From IMG/VR virus record IMGVR_UViG_3300033407_000055, positions 1 through 39,769 of that record: DNA of 39,769 nucleotides, one strand, 5' to 3'. This DNA comes from a virus (Duplodnaviria; Caudoviricetes). Position 1 is the stretch's first letter, and each line of letters starts with the position of its first letter. This document shows positions 1 through 8,638 of the stretch, one piece after another. The notes beneath the pieces are model-generated. The model saw only the letters and a program-made list of their open reading frames with translations, had not been told where the DNA came from and ran no database searches. The position numbers and the translations under genes are program-made.

Positions 1-164
1 TTGGCAGAGGTGATGAAGACGTTGTCCGCGTCTGCGGAGTTAACGGGTGCTTCGCCCATAGAGGCCAAGCACGAGTTGATTACGGTCAGTTCAGTGATCA
101 GCACGGCTAATCCTCCATACGCGAAAAGCCCCCGCTGCGCGAGGCAAGCGGGGGCTAGGGTTTA
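1..164. repeat. Terminal overlap with 39605-39769 (circular assembly redundancy)
   Basis: Identical to the contig end except a 4-A vs 5-A run. It lies at the capsid/tail tube A junction, not where phage terminal repeats normally fall. Confidence 0.95.
122..157 (-). terminator. Intrinsic terminator after major capsid gene (T-phi equivalent)
   Basis: Minus strand AGCCCCCGCT-loop-AGCGGGGGCT followed by TTT, just after the capsid stop. Confidence 0.85.
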
Positions 165-1154
165 CGGAAGCAGAATCGCCCCGGCAAACTCGGTACGGTC
201 TGGGGTAGCGGCGAAGCTCAGGTGAGCGTCAACGTACCACGACTTCGACAGCTTGTCGTAGAACACGTCCGAGGTCAGGCTGATAGTCTCACCAGCCAGG
301 ACGGAACGCGGGGCCATGGCCAGAGCCACCAGCTTCGAGAAGTCGCCGGCGTAGTTAGCGCCGAGCAAACGACCAACCGAGTTGCCGCTGTCGTCGTCGG
401 TAGCGATCACGCCGTTAGGCAGGTTCGCGGTGGCCTTGACAGGAACGCCCCAGGCCTTGAAGATGTGGCCGGCTACGCTGGTGCCGTCGCTGGTGAGGTA
501 CTCACCGTTGATGACTTGCTCAGCTTCCAACAGTGCGTAGAACACGGTAGGACGCAGGAAGATAACCAGGCCGTCTTGGATCGGGTCAACGTCCTTCTCT
601 TCCATCTGTGCGAACAGACGGGAGAACGAGGCGTAGAGCTTAGCCGGGTCGGTGGCATCGCCAGCGAGGGCCAGGGTTTCCTGGGTGCCGCCGAAGTGGC
701 CCGGTAGTGCGCCGTACGGGGACTCGGTAGCGAGGGCTGCCTTGGCACCTTGGACGAGGAACGCGGTGTCCTTGAACTTGGCGATCTTCTTGCCGTGTTC
801 CATGCCGATTTCCTCACGGACATCGTACTTGGTCTGGAACGAATCCAGCAACGGCAGGGTGGAGCGGGCATAGCACAGGGTGTCGATAGTCACCGAGGAC
901 TTGCTGAACTGGTGGATGGTGCCATCCGGGGTAACGCCGGGAACTACCTTACCCAAGGTGGATTCGCCGATGGCGTCCTTGGAGAGAGTAGCGGTGCCGG
1001 TGACCTTCTTAACGGGCAGCCAGCCCTCGGTCACGGAGCGGCGCTGGATGGTGCCTTCTACGATACCAGCGAATTCTTCGATTATGAGGGCGAGCGGGTC
1101 GCCCGCACCGAGCTGCTGGTTAGGACGAGTAACAACGAAAGCGTCGAGGGACAT
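162..1154 (-). CDS. Major capsid protein
   Basis: 330 aa; T7 gp10/phiKMV-type sequence (IEEFAGIVEG, C-terminal PDRTEFAGAI); AGGAG RBS; phage promoter upstream and terminator downstream. Confidence 0.95.
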   Translation of the reverse strand: MSLDAFVVTRPNQQLGAGDPLALIIEEFAGIVEGTIQRRSVTEGWLPVKKVTGTATLSKDAIGESTLGKVVPGVTPDGTIHQFSKSSVTIDTLCYARSTLPLLDSFQTKYDVREEIGMEHGKKIAKFKDTAFLVQGAKAALATESPYGALPGHFGGTQETLALAGDATDPAKLYASFSRLFAQMEEKDVDPIQDGLVIFLRPTVFYALLEAEQVINGEYLTSDGTSVAGHIFKAWGVPVKATANLPNGVIATDDDSGNSVGRLLGANYAGDFSKLVALAMAPRSVLAGETISLTSDVFYDKLSKSWYVDAHLSFAATPDRTEFAGAILLP

Positions 1155-1179
1155 GTATTGCTCCTAGGAGGAAAGTTCT

Positions 1180-1200
1180 TATTCCTGTAGATGGGTCAAT
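1180..1200 (-). promoter_or_regulatory. Phage RNAP promoter upstream of capsid
   Basis: ATTGACCCATCTACAGGAATA, one of five near-identical copies at gene boundaries. Confidence 0.88.
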
Positions 1201-1203
1201 TAA

Positions 1204-1947
1204 TCAGCGGGCAAGCCGATTAGCCAGAGCGCGGTATTCCGGGGTCTGGTTGTAGGTGTCGCCGTACTTCTTGTGCAACTTACCGGCCTCTCGGGAGAAC
1301 TCCACGCGGTCGATAGTGCCTCCGCTCGCGGCTGGTGGCTGCGGGACGGCTGCGTCGGACACTGCCTTCTGGCGTGGGGCCACGTCTACGCCTTGCTGGT
1401 TGGAGTAGTTGTGGGCGATCCAGAGGGCTGCCATCTTGGCCGTAGCCGGTGACTGCAACATCTCGTTGACCGTCGCGGCTTCCTCTTTCGAGGCGGCACC
1501 GCGTGCCCACTTGACGGCCTCCTCCCAGTCCACACCCATGGCCTCGGCCACCTGGGTGACTGCCTCGCCTACGGACTTTGCGTCCGCCTCGGCGCTGGCC
1601 TTGAACTTGCCATACGCTTGCTCTCCAAGGGCTACCGCCTGTTCCCAGCCGGCTGCTCCCTTCTCGGCCAGAAGCGCCTTGAGCAAACCGAAGTCGCCCT
1701 GGTACGCCGCCTGCATAGCGGGGTGGTCGTCTTGGATGCCGGCCTTGTAGATAAAGCCGAGGGCGTAGTCCAGTCCGGGATCACCGGTCGGTTCTACTGC
1801 GGGTGCCTTGCCTTCCGGTTTTGGTTCAACCGGGGCAGGGATTACCGGGGCTACGGCGGGTGGGCCGATGGCCACGGTCGGTGCTACTGCTGGAACTACC
1901 GGCGCTTCTACTGGAGCCACTGCTGGTACTGCTGCTGCTTCTGACAT
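1204..1947 (-). CDS. Capsid scaffolding protein
   Basis: Between portal and capsid; Pro/Ala-rich N-terminus; TGDPGLDYAL motif; helical. Confidence 0.88.
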   Translation of the reverse strand: MSEAAAVPAVAPVEAPVVPAVAPTVAIGPPAVAPVIPAPVEPKPEGKAPAVEPTGDPGLDYALGFIYKAGIQDDHPAMQAAYQGDFGLLKALLAEKGAAGWEQAVALGEQAYGKFKASAEADAKSVGEAVTQVAEAMGVDWEEAVKWARGAASKEEAATVNEMLQSPATAKMAALWIAHNYSNQQGVDVAPRQKAVSDAAVPQPPAASGGTIDRVEFSREAGKLHKKYGDTYNQTPEYRALANRLAR

Positions 1948-1949
1948 GC

Positions 1950-3485
1950 TTACTCCTGAATGGCGTCTTCTGCTGACACTGCGATTGCAGCTTGGCTGGC
2001 TTGTTCATTTACTTGCTGCTGGCGAATCTGCTCCTGCGCTGCGGCGACTTCCTCGTCCGAGGCGATGTACCGTACACGATCCACACCGGCACCTGCCGCC
2101 ATGTCTGCGATGATGTTACCTTCGCGGAGACGTAGACGGGTGTTAGGTTGGATGCTGTCCAACGTAGTCACGTCTTGCAGGAAGATCATCATGCGCTCAC
2201 GGTCAGCGTTGCGGCTCAGTGCGTCCAGGCCGGTGATGATCACGGGCTTGACTTGCGTACCGGCTAGCTTGATCTTGGCCTTGCGTAGGAGCCATAGAGC
2301 CAGCGGCTGCTGTGCGTCTAGGGCGAGTCGAGAGTACGTGCCACCAAGGGACGACTCTAGCTCCATCGCCTGGATACGAATCTCCTCGGCAGTCACCCGC
2401 TCGGCGTCCCGTGTCACTGCGCTATTCATCAGGAAGCCACGGCCCAGGCGCTGCGCAACATCCTGGCGGATGCTGAGCACGGTGGACAGTTGGTTGCCGA
2501 TGCTTGCGAACAGCAGGCTAATGTCGTTCTGCGCGCCGGGGACTACTGCACCGTTGGCTGCTCTGGTCACGTCCTCTGGCCTGGTTATCCCGCTTGGGTT
2601 CGCCAGCCATTTGAAGGTGGTGGCTAGGGCTGAGCCATCGGACAGAGCGTGGGACAGTGACTCGTGTTCGGCCAGATCGTTAGCGTACTCCTCGGCTCGG
2701 CCTACACCGTAGTGCTGGCGAGCTGGGAGGCGCCAAGTCAACGGACGCCACGGCAGGCTAGCCGGGGAATACTTGCCGTTGAAGCCGTCGCTCAGCTTGA
2801 GGTCGTCGACCCACACGGTACTCCGGTAGTCGCCACGTACAAGCTTGACCCAGGTGAACAGCTCGACCTTGGTGTCCCACTTGCAGCCGGGATACCGGGC
2901 CTTGTACTCCGCTGCTGCCTCTGGCTCAAGCTCGTCCAGGGTGTAGCACTCTCGGATCATGATGCAAGCGATCTTGCCCTTGGCGTTACGCCGTACAACG
3001 TAGTCTCGGATGCCTACGATGTTCAGATCATCGCCGCTTAGGTCTAGCAGGCAGTTGCCCACGCAGACCAAGTGCAGCATAAGCTCGAACAGTTGCTGCC
3101 GCTGGCCCGCCTGCTCCAGTTCCTGAATAGCCCGGCGTTCCCCTTGCACCAGTGCGGTGGTAAGGTCTTCCTCGGCTACGCCCAGTTGGTCGATCAGCTT
3201 GGCCTTGGCCGCGTCGTCGAACTCTAACCGCATGAATGGCCGGCTCGGTGCGAACATAGCCAGCATCAGCTTGTTGACCAAGTGAGTAGCGCCCTGCCCC
3301 CCAAGGCTGGTGAAGCCGTTGGTAAGCTGGTCGGTGTCGGTGTTGTAGAACGTGGTCGTCATCACTGACGGGATGGTGAGCTGTGCCAGCCGCTCCAGGC
3401 GATTCAACATCGCTTGTCGCAGGCCGTCCAGCTTACCCCACTCTGCCTTTGCAGACACTGTGTCTGGCTGGTTGTCGTAGCTCAC
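1950..3485 (-). CDS. Portal (head-tail connector)
   Basis: 511 aa with LVNKLMLAMFAPSRPF, YGVGRAEEY and RDAERVTAEEIR motifs of the T7 gp8 family. Confidence 0.96.
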   Translation of the reverse strand: MSYDNQPDTVSAKAEWGKLDGLRQAMLNRLERLAQLTIPSVMTTTFYNTDTDQLTNGFTSLGGQGATHLVNKLMLAMFAPSRPFMRLEFDDAAKAKLIDQLGVAEEDLTTALVQGERRAIQELEQAGQRQQLFELMLHLVCVGNCLLDLSGDDLNIVGIRDYVVRRNAKGKIACIMIRECYTLDELEPEAAAEYKARYPGCKWDTKVELFTWVKLVRGDYRSTVWVDDLKLSDGFNGKYSPASLPWRPLTWRLPARQHYGVGRAEEYANDLAEHESLSHALSDGSALATTFKWLANPSGITRPEDVTRAANGAVVPGAQNDISLLFASIGNQLSTVLSIRQDVAQRLGRGFLMNSAVTRDAERVTAEEIRIQAMELESSLGGTYSRLALDAQQPLALWLLRKAKIKLAGTQVKPVIITGLDALSRNADRERMMIFLQDVTTLDSIQPNTRLRLREGNIIADMAAGAGVDRVRYIASDEEVAAAQEQIRQQQVNEQASQAAIAVSAEDAIQE

Positions 3486-3892
3486 AGGCGGATACTCGGG
3501 CCACCCGCTGCACCACCTACGCTAGTGGTCTGGAAGCGCTTGCGGCGTTTGGCTGCCTCGGCTGTAGCGGGGGCTAGCTCTACCTCCGGCTCGCCCACCT
3601 CTACCTGCTCCATGTCCTTAGCTGCACCAAGGACTCGCTGCCGCTCTTGCTCAGCTTGTTGGGCAAGGGCACCACCACGGGCTGCCTCTGCTGCCCGTGC
3701 AGCTTCCCCCATAGCCTGCGATTCTGCTTGCTGGGCTTGAGCCTTAGCTGCTTTCTGTGCCTGCTCAGCCGGAGATAATGCTTTGGCCGAGCCATACAGC
3801 GCGTCGCCGGATGGCTCCGGGAGGCCGAACGACTTAGCCGCTTGGTGCCCGAGGTCGAACTTGGCCAGCGTCTTCTTGATCTTTTTACCCAT
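3482..3892 (-). CDS. Virion assembly protein (T7 gp7.3/phiKMV gp29-like position)
   Basis: MGKKIKK start, Ala/Gln-rich, basic C-terminus, directly upstream of portal. Confidence 0.7.
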   Translation of the reverse strand: MGKKIKKTLAKFDLGHQAAKSFGLPEPSGDALYGSAKALSPAEQAQKAAKAQAQQAESQAMGEAARAAEAARGGALAQQAEQERQRVLGAAKDMEQVEVGEPEVELAPATAEAAKRRKRFQTTSVGGAAGGPSIRL

Positions 3893-4295
3893 TACTGATT
3901 CTCCGATACTTGATTGCGTAGTGCCCTTGGTTTATCCGGTGGGAGTACGCCACATGCTTTAGGCCGCTGGACCGCGCCTTGCGCAGTAGCCACCTCACGA
4001 ACTCCCTTCCTACCGCTCCACGGTACTCGGGTAGTACGTACTGCCATTGCAGGGTAAGGCACAAGCCCACATGCAAGTCCTCGTCGAGGGCAGCACAGGC
4101 GTACCCCACAACCGCCCCGCGCTCAGACACCACCAGCTCGTACCTGTCCAGTGATTCCATGGCTTCCCGCAGCCGGGAGGTTACCTGCTCCAACGTACCA
4201 CCTTCCCTGAACTCTGGGAACTCCGCGTACCCCGCAGGTATTAAGCTGGCCCCAAGGCAGGGTTGGCCGGGTGTGCGCTGCACTACCTCGAACAT
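3885..4295 (-). CDS. GNAT-family acetyltransferase (syntenic with phiKMV/LUZ19 gp28)
   Basis: VVGYACA and YVLPEYRGAVG acetyl-CoA binding motif; lies between RNAP and portal. Confidence 0.72.
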   Translation of the reverse strand: MFEVVQRTPGQPCLGASLIPAGYAEFPEFREGGTLEQVTSRLREAMESLDRYELVVSERGAVVGYACAALDEDLHVGLCLTLQWQYVLPEYRGAVGREFVRWLLRKARSSGLKHVAYSHRINQGHYAIKYRRISNG

Positions 4296-4301
4296 AGGTT
4301 C

Positions 4302-4322
4302 TATTCCTGTAGACGGGTCAAT
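4302..4322 (-). promoter_or_regulatory. Phage RNAP promoter
   Basis: ATTGACCCGTCTACAGGAATA, one mismatch to consensus. Confidence 0.85.
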
Positions 4323-4594
4323 TAGCGATCACTCACCAGCTCTTGCTCGATCTTGTCCAGAACGTACTGCTGCCCCACCAGGGAGGCAGCTTGCAGTTGG
4401 GTGGTCGTACCCGTCACTACCTGCAAAGGCAGGGTGTTCTTGAATCGAAGAAATTCACTACGCATGATACGACCTACTACCACAGGGGGAGGAGTAGCTA
4501 CCTTTACAGATAACTCCTTCTCTTGAGTAGTAATAGTCGAGAGTAATACTGATAACTCTTTTCTAAGTAACCACTTAGCTATAGCTTTAAACAT
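4322..4594 (-). CDS. Conserved small protein following RNAP (phiKMV gp27-like position)
   Basis: Start reassigned to MFKAIAK with AGGAG RBS; 90 aa; C-terminal GQQYVLDKIEQELV. Confidence 0.75.
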   Translation of the reverse strand: MFKAIAKWLLRKELSVLLSTITTQEKELSVKVATPPPVVVGRIMRSEFLRFKNTLPLQVVTGTTTQLQAASLVGQQYVLDKIEQELVSDR

Positions 4595-4628
4595 ATCTAT
4601 ATTACTCCTATAGAGATCGTGGTATATC

Positions 4629-4649
4629 TGTCCCTGTAGATGGGGCAAT
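4629..4649 (-). promoter_or_regulatory. Phage RNAP promoter immediately after RNAP gene
   Basis: ATTGCCCCATCTACAGGGACA, three mismatches to consensus, intergenic. Confidence 0.78.
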
Positions 4650-4657
4650 TGATTTTG

Positions 4658-7060
4658 TTAACAGAAGAAATACTTAGAGTCCTTAACTCCTGCAAGATCA
4701 AGCTCGCCGCTGCTAGGGATTTCCTTCTGTACTCCGTAGTGATTAGCGAACTGCGAGAACGGTTCGTTAGTCTCGTACATCTGTACAAACGTAGATCGGA
4801 TAAGCTCATGAAGCTTAGCAACGTCAGGAGCTAAGGCACCATAATCGTCATGGATGAAAGCTAGGTGTCCTAATCCTGCATCCTCGGCGGCGTTAATCAG
4901 TAGGTGCATGTGGGCTGCGTCACAGCTATGGACAAAGTTAGGTGCAATGCCATTCCTATGTCTGCGCTTGTCGACTTCACCCGACCACGTAGCTACGCTG
5001 GGCCTGATACGCAAGCCACCGATCAGCCGCGTCTCGATCTTGATCACGTCTAGCTTGCTGTACTGCTGGCGGACTAGGAAGCCGCTGGGGCTGCGCCACT
5101 GGACTTCCTGTATGCCGGCCAGGATCAGCTCATCGCTCGCGTCCTGTAGCCACTCCATGGCCTCTCGTGCCTTGATCACCACGTTGCCTATGGCCTTCCA
5201 TACCCGGTAGCTAAGCCAGTTGGCTGCCCGGTTGTACTCGTCCTTGGCGAACTCTGGCGCCTGTCCTTGCTGTAGGTACTCCTTGAGTATGAACTCTGCG
5301 CATGAGAATCTAGTGCTGCCGTAAGGAAGAGTCATTACGCTTCTCTTCACCAGCCCCCGACTCAGGGCGTGCTGTCGCCAGCGGTGCCCGATGAACGACT
5401 CGTCGTCGGTCTGGTCGGCAGCGATGATCCTGGACGTCTCAGAGGCCACCAGAGCGTAGATGTCCTGTTGGGTAGGCGATGGTACTAGGTTGGTCGCAGC
5501 TCCTCCCACAGCGTCTCTTAGCATGGCTGAGAAGTGTTGCAGGCCGTTGCACGAGCCGTCCTGGCCAAGTGGCAGGCGGGTACGGAAGCCCTCTCCATCC
5601 TCTACCCAGTCCCGGTACTCGAAACACCAAGCGATAAACTGGAACGGGGAGTCAGCTTCTGTCCACTCCCGGTGGTTGATCGGGTCGTTGGCCATGGCCA
5701 AGATCATGTCGTGCCGGTCCTCGGTCCACTTCACCCGCTCGTCCAGGGTAGCCTTGTCGAACCCGAAGCGGTTGGCACCGGCGATCTTGAACCAGCGGCC
5801 GGCATCCCAGGTGTCCACAGCGGCTCCTGTACCGGCCATTAGAAGGGCTTTCTGTAGGTCGCTGCCCTGCGGGCTGACCCCGCGAGTCATCGCGTAGAAA
5901 CGGCCCCTGTAGTCCACCTGATACACGAAGTACAATGACGACTCTCGGAACATCCGGGCCACTCGCAGTGCCTCGTAGTACCGGCCCCACTTGACCCCAC
6001 GGATGCGGCGCATCGTGTGCCACTCCCGGACCTCCGCGCGCCAGCTAGCGAACTCCTGTAGCTGCTGCGGCCCCATCGTCTCCTTGGTCATGTCCTCGGA
6101 CAACCAGCCTGGCTTGTCCGGCTTGGGATACTCGGCCTGGGCCAGCACCTCACCAACATCGAAGTGTTGCCCGACTTCATCCACGAGGTCTAGTACCCTG
6201 CCGTTGATGGCCCAGGCGTCTCCCTGGAGCCTGTTTACGGCCCGTAAAACGAGAGGTGGTACGTCTGCCTCGTATTCCACGTAAGGCCTCCCTCTGACCA
6301 CGCATGGAGCGGTACGCCGCATTGCGTCTGTGTGGTATCCGCCTTGGTTGGGCGTCGTCCACGGCACCGGAGGTATCACGCAGGGTAGGGTCTGCGGCAT
6401 AGCGCCAGCGATGAACCCCGATACCTGCTCCACTATGCCTGCTACCTCCGGCGCTAGCGTCACAAGCAACAGCTTCTTGCGGCGCTCTACAATCTGTTCG
6501 ATCTGTACCACACCAAGCTCGCGGGCTAGGCTTACCAGCAGCGTACCGATCCCCATGCACTCGGCGTTGGACCAGACCGGAAGTGCTACCCCGGCTTTCT
6601 CTGCCTGCATCTTGAACACACGGAGCCGGTGCCGCTCACTCTTGGTCATCCGGCGCTCGAAGTCGTGTACCAACGTGTAGTACAGCTCCGGGTTGATCGA
6701 CTCGAACTTAGCCAGCAGCGACTCGCCGTATACTGTCTTGCCGATGGCCTCAGCCAGCTTGGCTAGGGTCACTCGCTCGTCGGTGCTGACCACTCCCAGG
6801 ATGTGGCGGATGGTGATGAAGGCCAGGACCAAGGGATCATGCTCTCGTAGCAGCCCCTTAGCGCTAGCCTGTACACCCCGCTTCACCTCTGCCAGATACG
6901 ACCCGAGCATTGCCGCCATCGGCTGAACATAGCGACGGTAGACTGCCTGGGCGTAAGGGTTATCGTATGCCCGTCCGTTGTCCTCGTTGCGTTGAAGATG
7001 GGCGATTGCTTTGTCTCGCCCTCCCGTTACCATGTCCTGCTCAAGGTCGTGCTGGTTCAT
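4658..7060 (-). CDS. Single-subunit DNA-dependent RNA polymerase
   Basis: 800 aa; DYRGRFY, QDGSCNGLQH (motif A), KRSVMTLPYG (motif B), PNFVHSCDA, IHDD (motif C). Confidence 0.98.
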   Translation of the reverse strand: MNQHDLEQDMVTGGRDKAIAHLQRNEDNGRAYDNPYAQAVYRRYVQPMAAMLGSYLAEVKRGVQASAKGLLREHDPLVLAFITIRHILGVVSTDERVTLAKLAEAIGKTVYGESLLAKFESINPELYYTLVHDFERRMTKSERHRLRVFKMQAEKAGVALPVWSNAECMGIGTLLVSLARELGVVQIEQIVERRKKLLLVTLAPEVAGIVEQVSGFIAGAMPQTLPCVIPPVPWTTPNQGGYHTDAMRRTAPCVVRGRPYVEYEADVPPLVLRAVNRLQGDAWAINGRVLDLVDEVGQHFDVGEVLAQAEYPKPDKPGWLSEDMTKETMGPQQLQEFASWRAEVREWHTMRRIRGVKWGRYYEALRVARMFRESSLYFVYQVDYRGRFYAMTRGVSPQGSDLQKALLMAGTGAAVDTWDAGRWFKIAGANRFGFDKATLDERVKWTEDRHDMILAMANDPINHREWTEADSPFQFIAWCFEYRDWVEDGEGFRTRLPLGQDGSCNGLQHFSAMLRDAVGGAATNLVPSPTQQDIYALVASETSRIIAADQTDDESFIGHRWRQHALSRGLVKRSVMTLPYGSTRFSCAEFILKEYLQQGQAPEFAKDEYNRAANWLSYRVWKAIGNVVIKAREAMEWLQDASDELILAGIQEVQWRSPSGFLVRQQYSKLDVIKIETRLIGGLRIRPSVATWSGEVDKRRHRNGIAPNFVHSCDAAHMHLLINAAEDAGLGHLAFIHDDYGALAPDVAKLHELIRSTFVQMYETNEPFSQFANHYGVQKEIPSSGELDLAGVKDSKYFFC

Positions 7061-7063
7061 TCG

Positions 7064-7957
7064 TTACTCTTTGTCAGGGCGCATACGATGGAAGCGAGGC
7101 TCGCGGAGTACGCCGTGTTCGCTGCCGGCCAGGGCGTGGACTTCTACTACCGGGCTGACGTCGTCAGGGTTATTCCAGTAGCGCTGTCGCTCCTCGGTTG
7201 TTAGCGTTCCACCACCAACGTCGATGATTTCCCCGTTGTACTCACAGCGCAACGAGCCGACCATGCCAGCAAATTTTCCCTTTCCCTCAGTGACTCCGAC
7301 GCAGCGGAGGTCTAGGGACAGGTGATCCTTTACCTTGATCTGCTCGCCGCCCTTGCCCGCACCGGCTACCCACCAGCCGTCGAGCTGCTTGGCCACGTAG
7401 CCGTCCAGGCTCCAGACGCCCCCCAACCGCAGAACCTTGAGCAGCTTGTCCGCCGTAGGCAACTCGCTCGGGCGGAACATGTGCGGCAGGCAGGAGTAAA
7501 TGAACTCCTTGGTACGGACGAGCGCAGTGATGAAGTCCATCCGGGTCTTGTACCGGCACTCGCACTTACCGGCCTCGAAGTCAGCCAGCGGCACCCCGTC
7601 GAAGACGAAGTACAGGAGATTGGGTGACGGGCTGTGACGGCGGAAGTCGCCGCTGCCCTTGGCGTGTGTCTTGAACGGATCGTAAGCCTCGCCGAAGAAC
7701 ACGTAGTTCTGGACACCGGACTGCTCCAACTCCTCGACGATGTGCTGGCAGGACTTCACCTCCTTGCCCTCTCGGGAGTACGCCGTACCCTTACCGCCGC
7801 GCAGGACTACGATCATGTGGCAGCCGTCGTACTTGAGCTGCCATGTGTACTCGGTGTCGTCGTGGATGTCTAGCCGTTCGGCCAGGGCTTTACCCAGGTT
7901 GCTCGGCTCAACCGGCTTGTGGACTAAGTGCGTTCGTTTCGGCAGCTCAGAAGTCAT
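7064..7957 (-). CDS. ATP-dependent DNA ligase
   Basis: QLKYDG adenylation motif, FFGEAY, VFD, DGYVAK, EGKGKFAGMVGSL, LREPRF. Confidence 0.94.
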   Translation of the reverse strand: MTSELPKRTHLVHKPVEPSNLGKALAERLDIHDDTEYTWQLKYDGCHMIVVLRGGKGTAYSREGKEVKSCQHIVEELEQSGVQNYVFFGEAYDPFKTHAKGSGDFRRHSPSPNLLYFVFDGVPLADFEAGKCECRYKTRMDFITALVRTKEFIYSCLPHMFRPSELPTADKLLKVLRLGGVWSLDGYVAKQLDGWWVAGAGKGGEQIKVKDHLSLDLRCVGVTEGKGKFAGMVGSLRCEYNGEIIDVGGGTLTTEERQRYWNNPDDVSPVVEVHALAGSEHGVLREPRFHRMRPDKE

Positions 7958-8141
7958 AGCCGGCGATCCTCGCGTCAGTGAACAGGCCGTCTACCTGAGC
8001 GTAGCCGAGCTGCCCGGCCTCCTGGGCCGATGACACCGCGGCCAGAACCTCGGCCACTTCCTCGGCGTTTCCGGTGTCGATAGCAGCCGACAGGCTGTCA
8101 CTCAGGCCGCCGTACACTGACACACTTACTTGCTCGTTCAT
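7947..8141 (-). CDS. Hypothetical protein
   Basis: 64 aa, overlaps both neighbours in an operon-like way. Confidence 0.7.
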   Translation of the reverse strand: MNEQVSVSVYGGLSDSLSAAIDTGNAEEVAEVLAAVSSAQEAGQLGYAQVDGLFTDARIAGYDF

Positions 8142-8638
8142 ACGGACTCCGGGAATTTGTGGTCCAGCTCAGCCAGAAACAGCGCGTTCGTGGCGATATG
8201 TGCTCGGTGCGGCAAGCCGCTCTCAGGATCGTTGACCTCACCACGAGCAATCGCGTTCTCGTGCCGCTGTAGCGCAGCCCGGTAACGTCGCTTAGCCTCC
8301 GGCACCTGCTGCCAGGAGTGCGGGATGTATCCCTTGCCACCTTCCGGCCACGGTGCTTCCTTCTTGGACTGTACCGCCCAGGTCAGAACCTTGACCACAT
8401 CCAGCAGGGCGTTAGGCATACCATCCATAAGCAACTCGAATCGTGGCTTACCGTCGTCGGCCTTGAAGGCTTGGTTGTCTGCGGCCGAGGGCGCTGGTGG
8501 CCTCGGACGAGTGGTGTACGGGCACTCTAACCCGAAGTGGTCGCCGCCGAGCCAGCCGCAGCTGTCACATTCCCAGGCTCGCATTACGTCGTGGACGTAC
8601 ACCTGCACCTGCTTACCGTTTACTTTAAAGTGACCCAT
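8138..8638 (-). CDS. DUF5664-type (dATP/dGTP diphosphohydrolase-like) protein with N-terminal CCHC motif
   Basis: KADDGKPRFELL...W...RYRAALQRH...DPESGLPHRAHIATNALFL pattern. Confidence 0.75.
   Translation of the reverse strand: MGHFKVNGKQVQVYVHDVMRAWECDSCGWLGGDHFGLECPYTTRPRPPAPSAADNQAFKADDGKPRFELLMDGMPNALLDVVKVLTWAVQSKKEAPWPEGGKGYIPHSWQQVPEAKRRYRAALQRHENAIARGEVNDPESGLPHRAHIATNALFLAELDHKFPESV

Noticed and set aside
1-164. Terminal redundancy as the true direct terminal repeat
   Set aside because: It cuts through the tail tube A gene; Autographiviridae ends lie between the last late gene and the early promoters.
162-230. Programmed frameshift extending the capsid protein (T7 10B type)
   Set aside because: A terminator and the tail tube A gene follow within about 60 nt, leaving no extension frame.
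8138-8638. Diaminopurine (Z) genome pathway
   Set aside because: No PurZ or HD-domain dATPase is recognisable in the genome.
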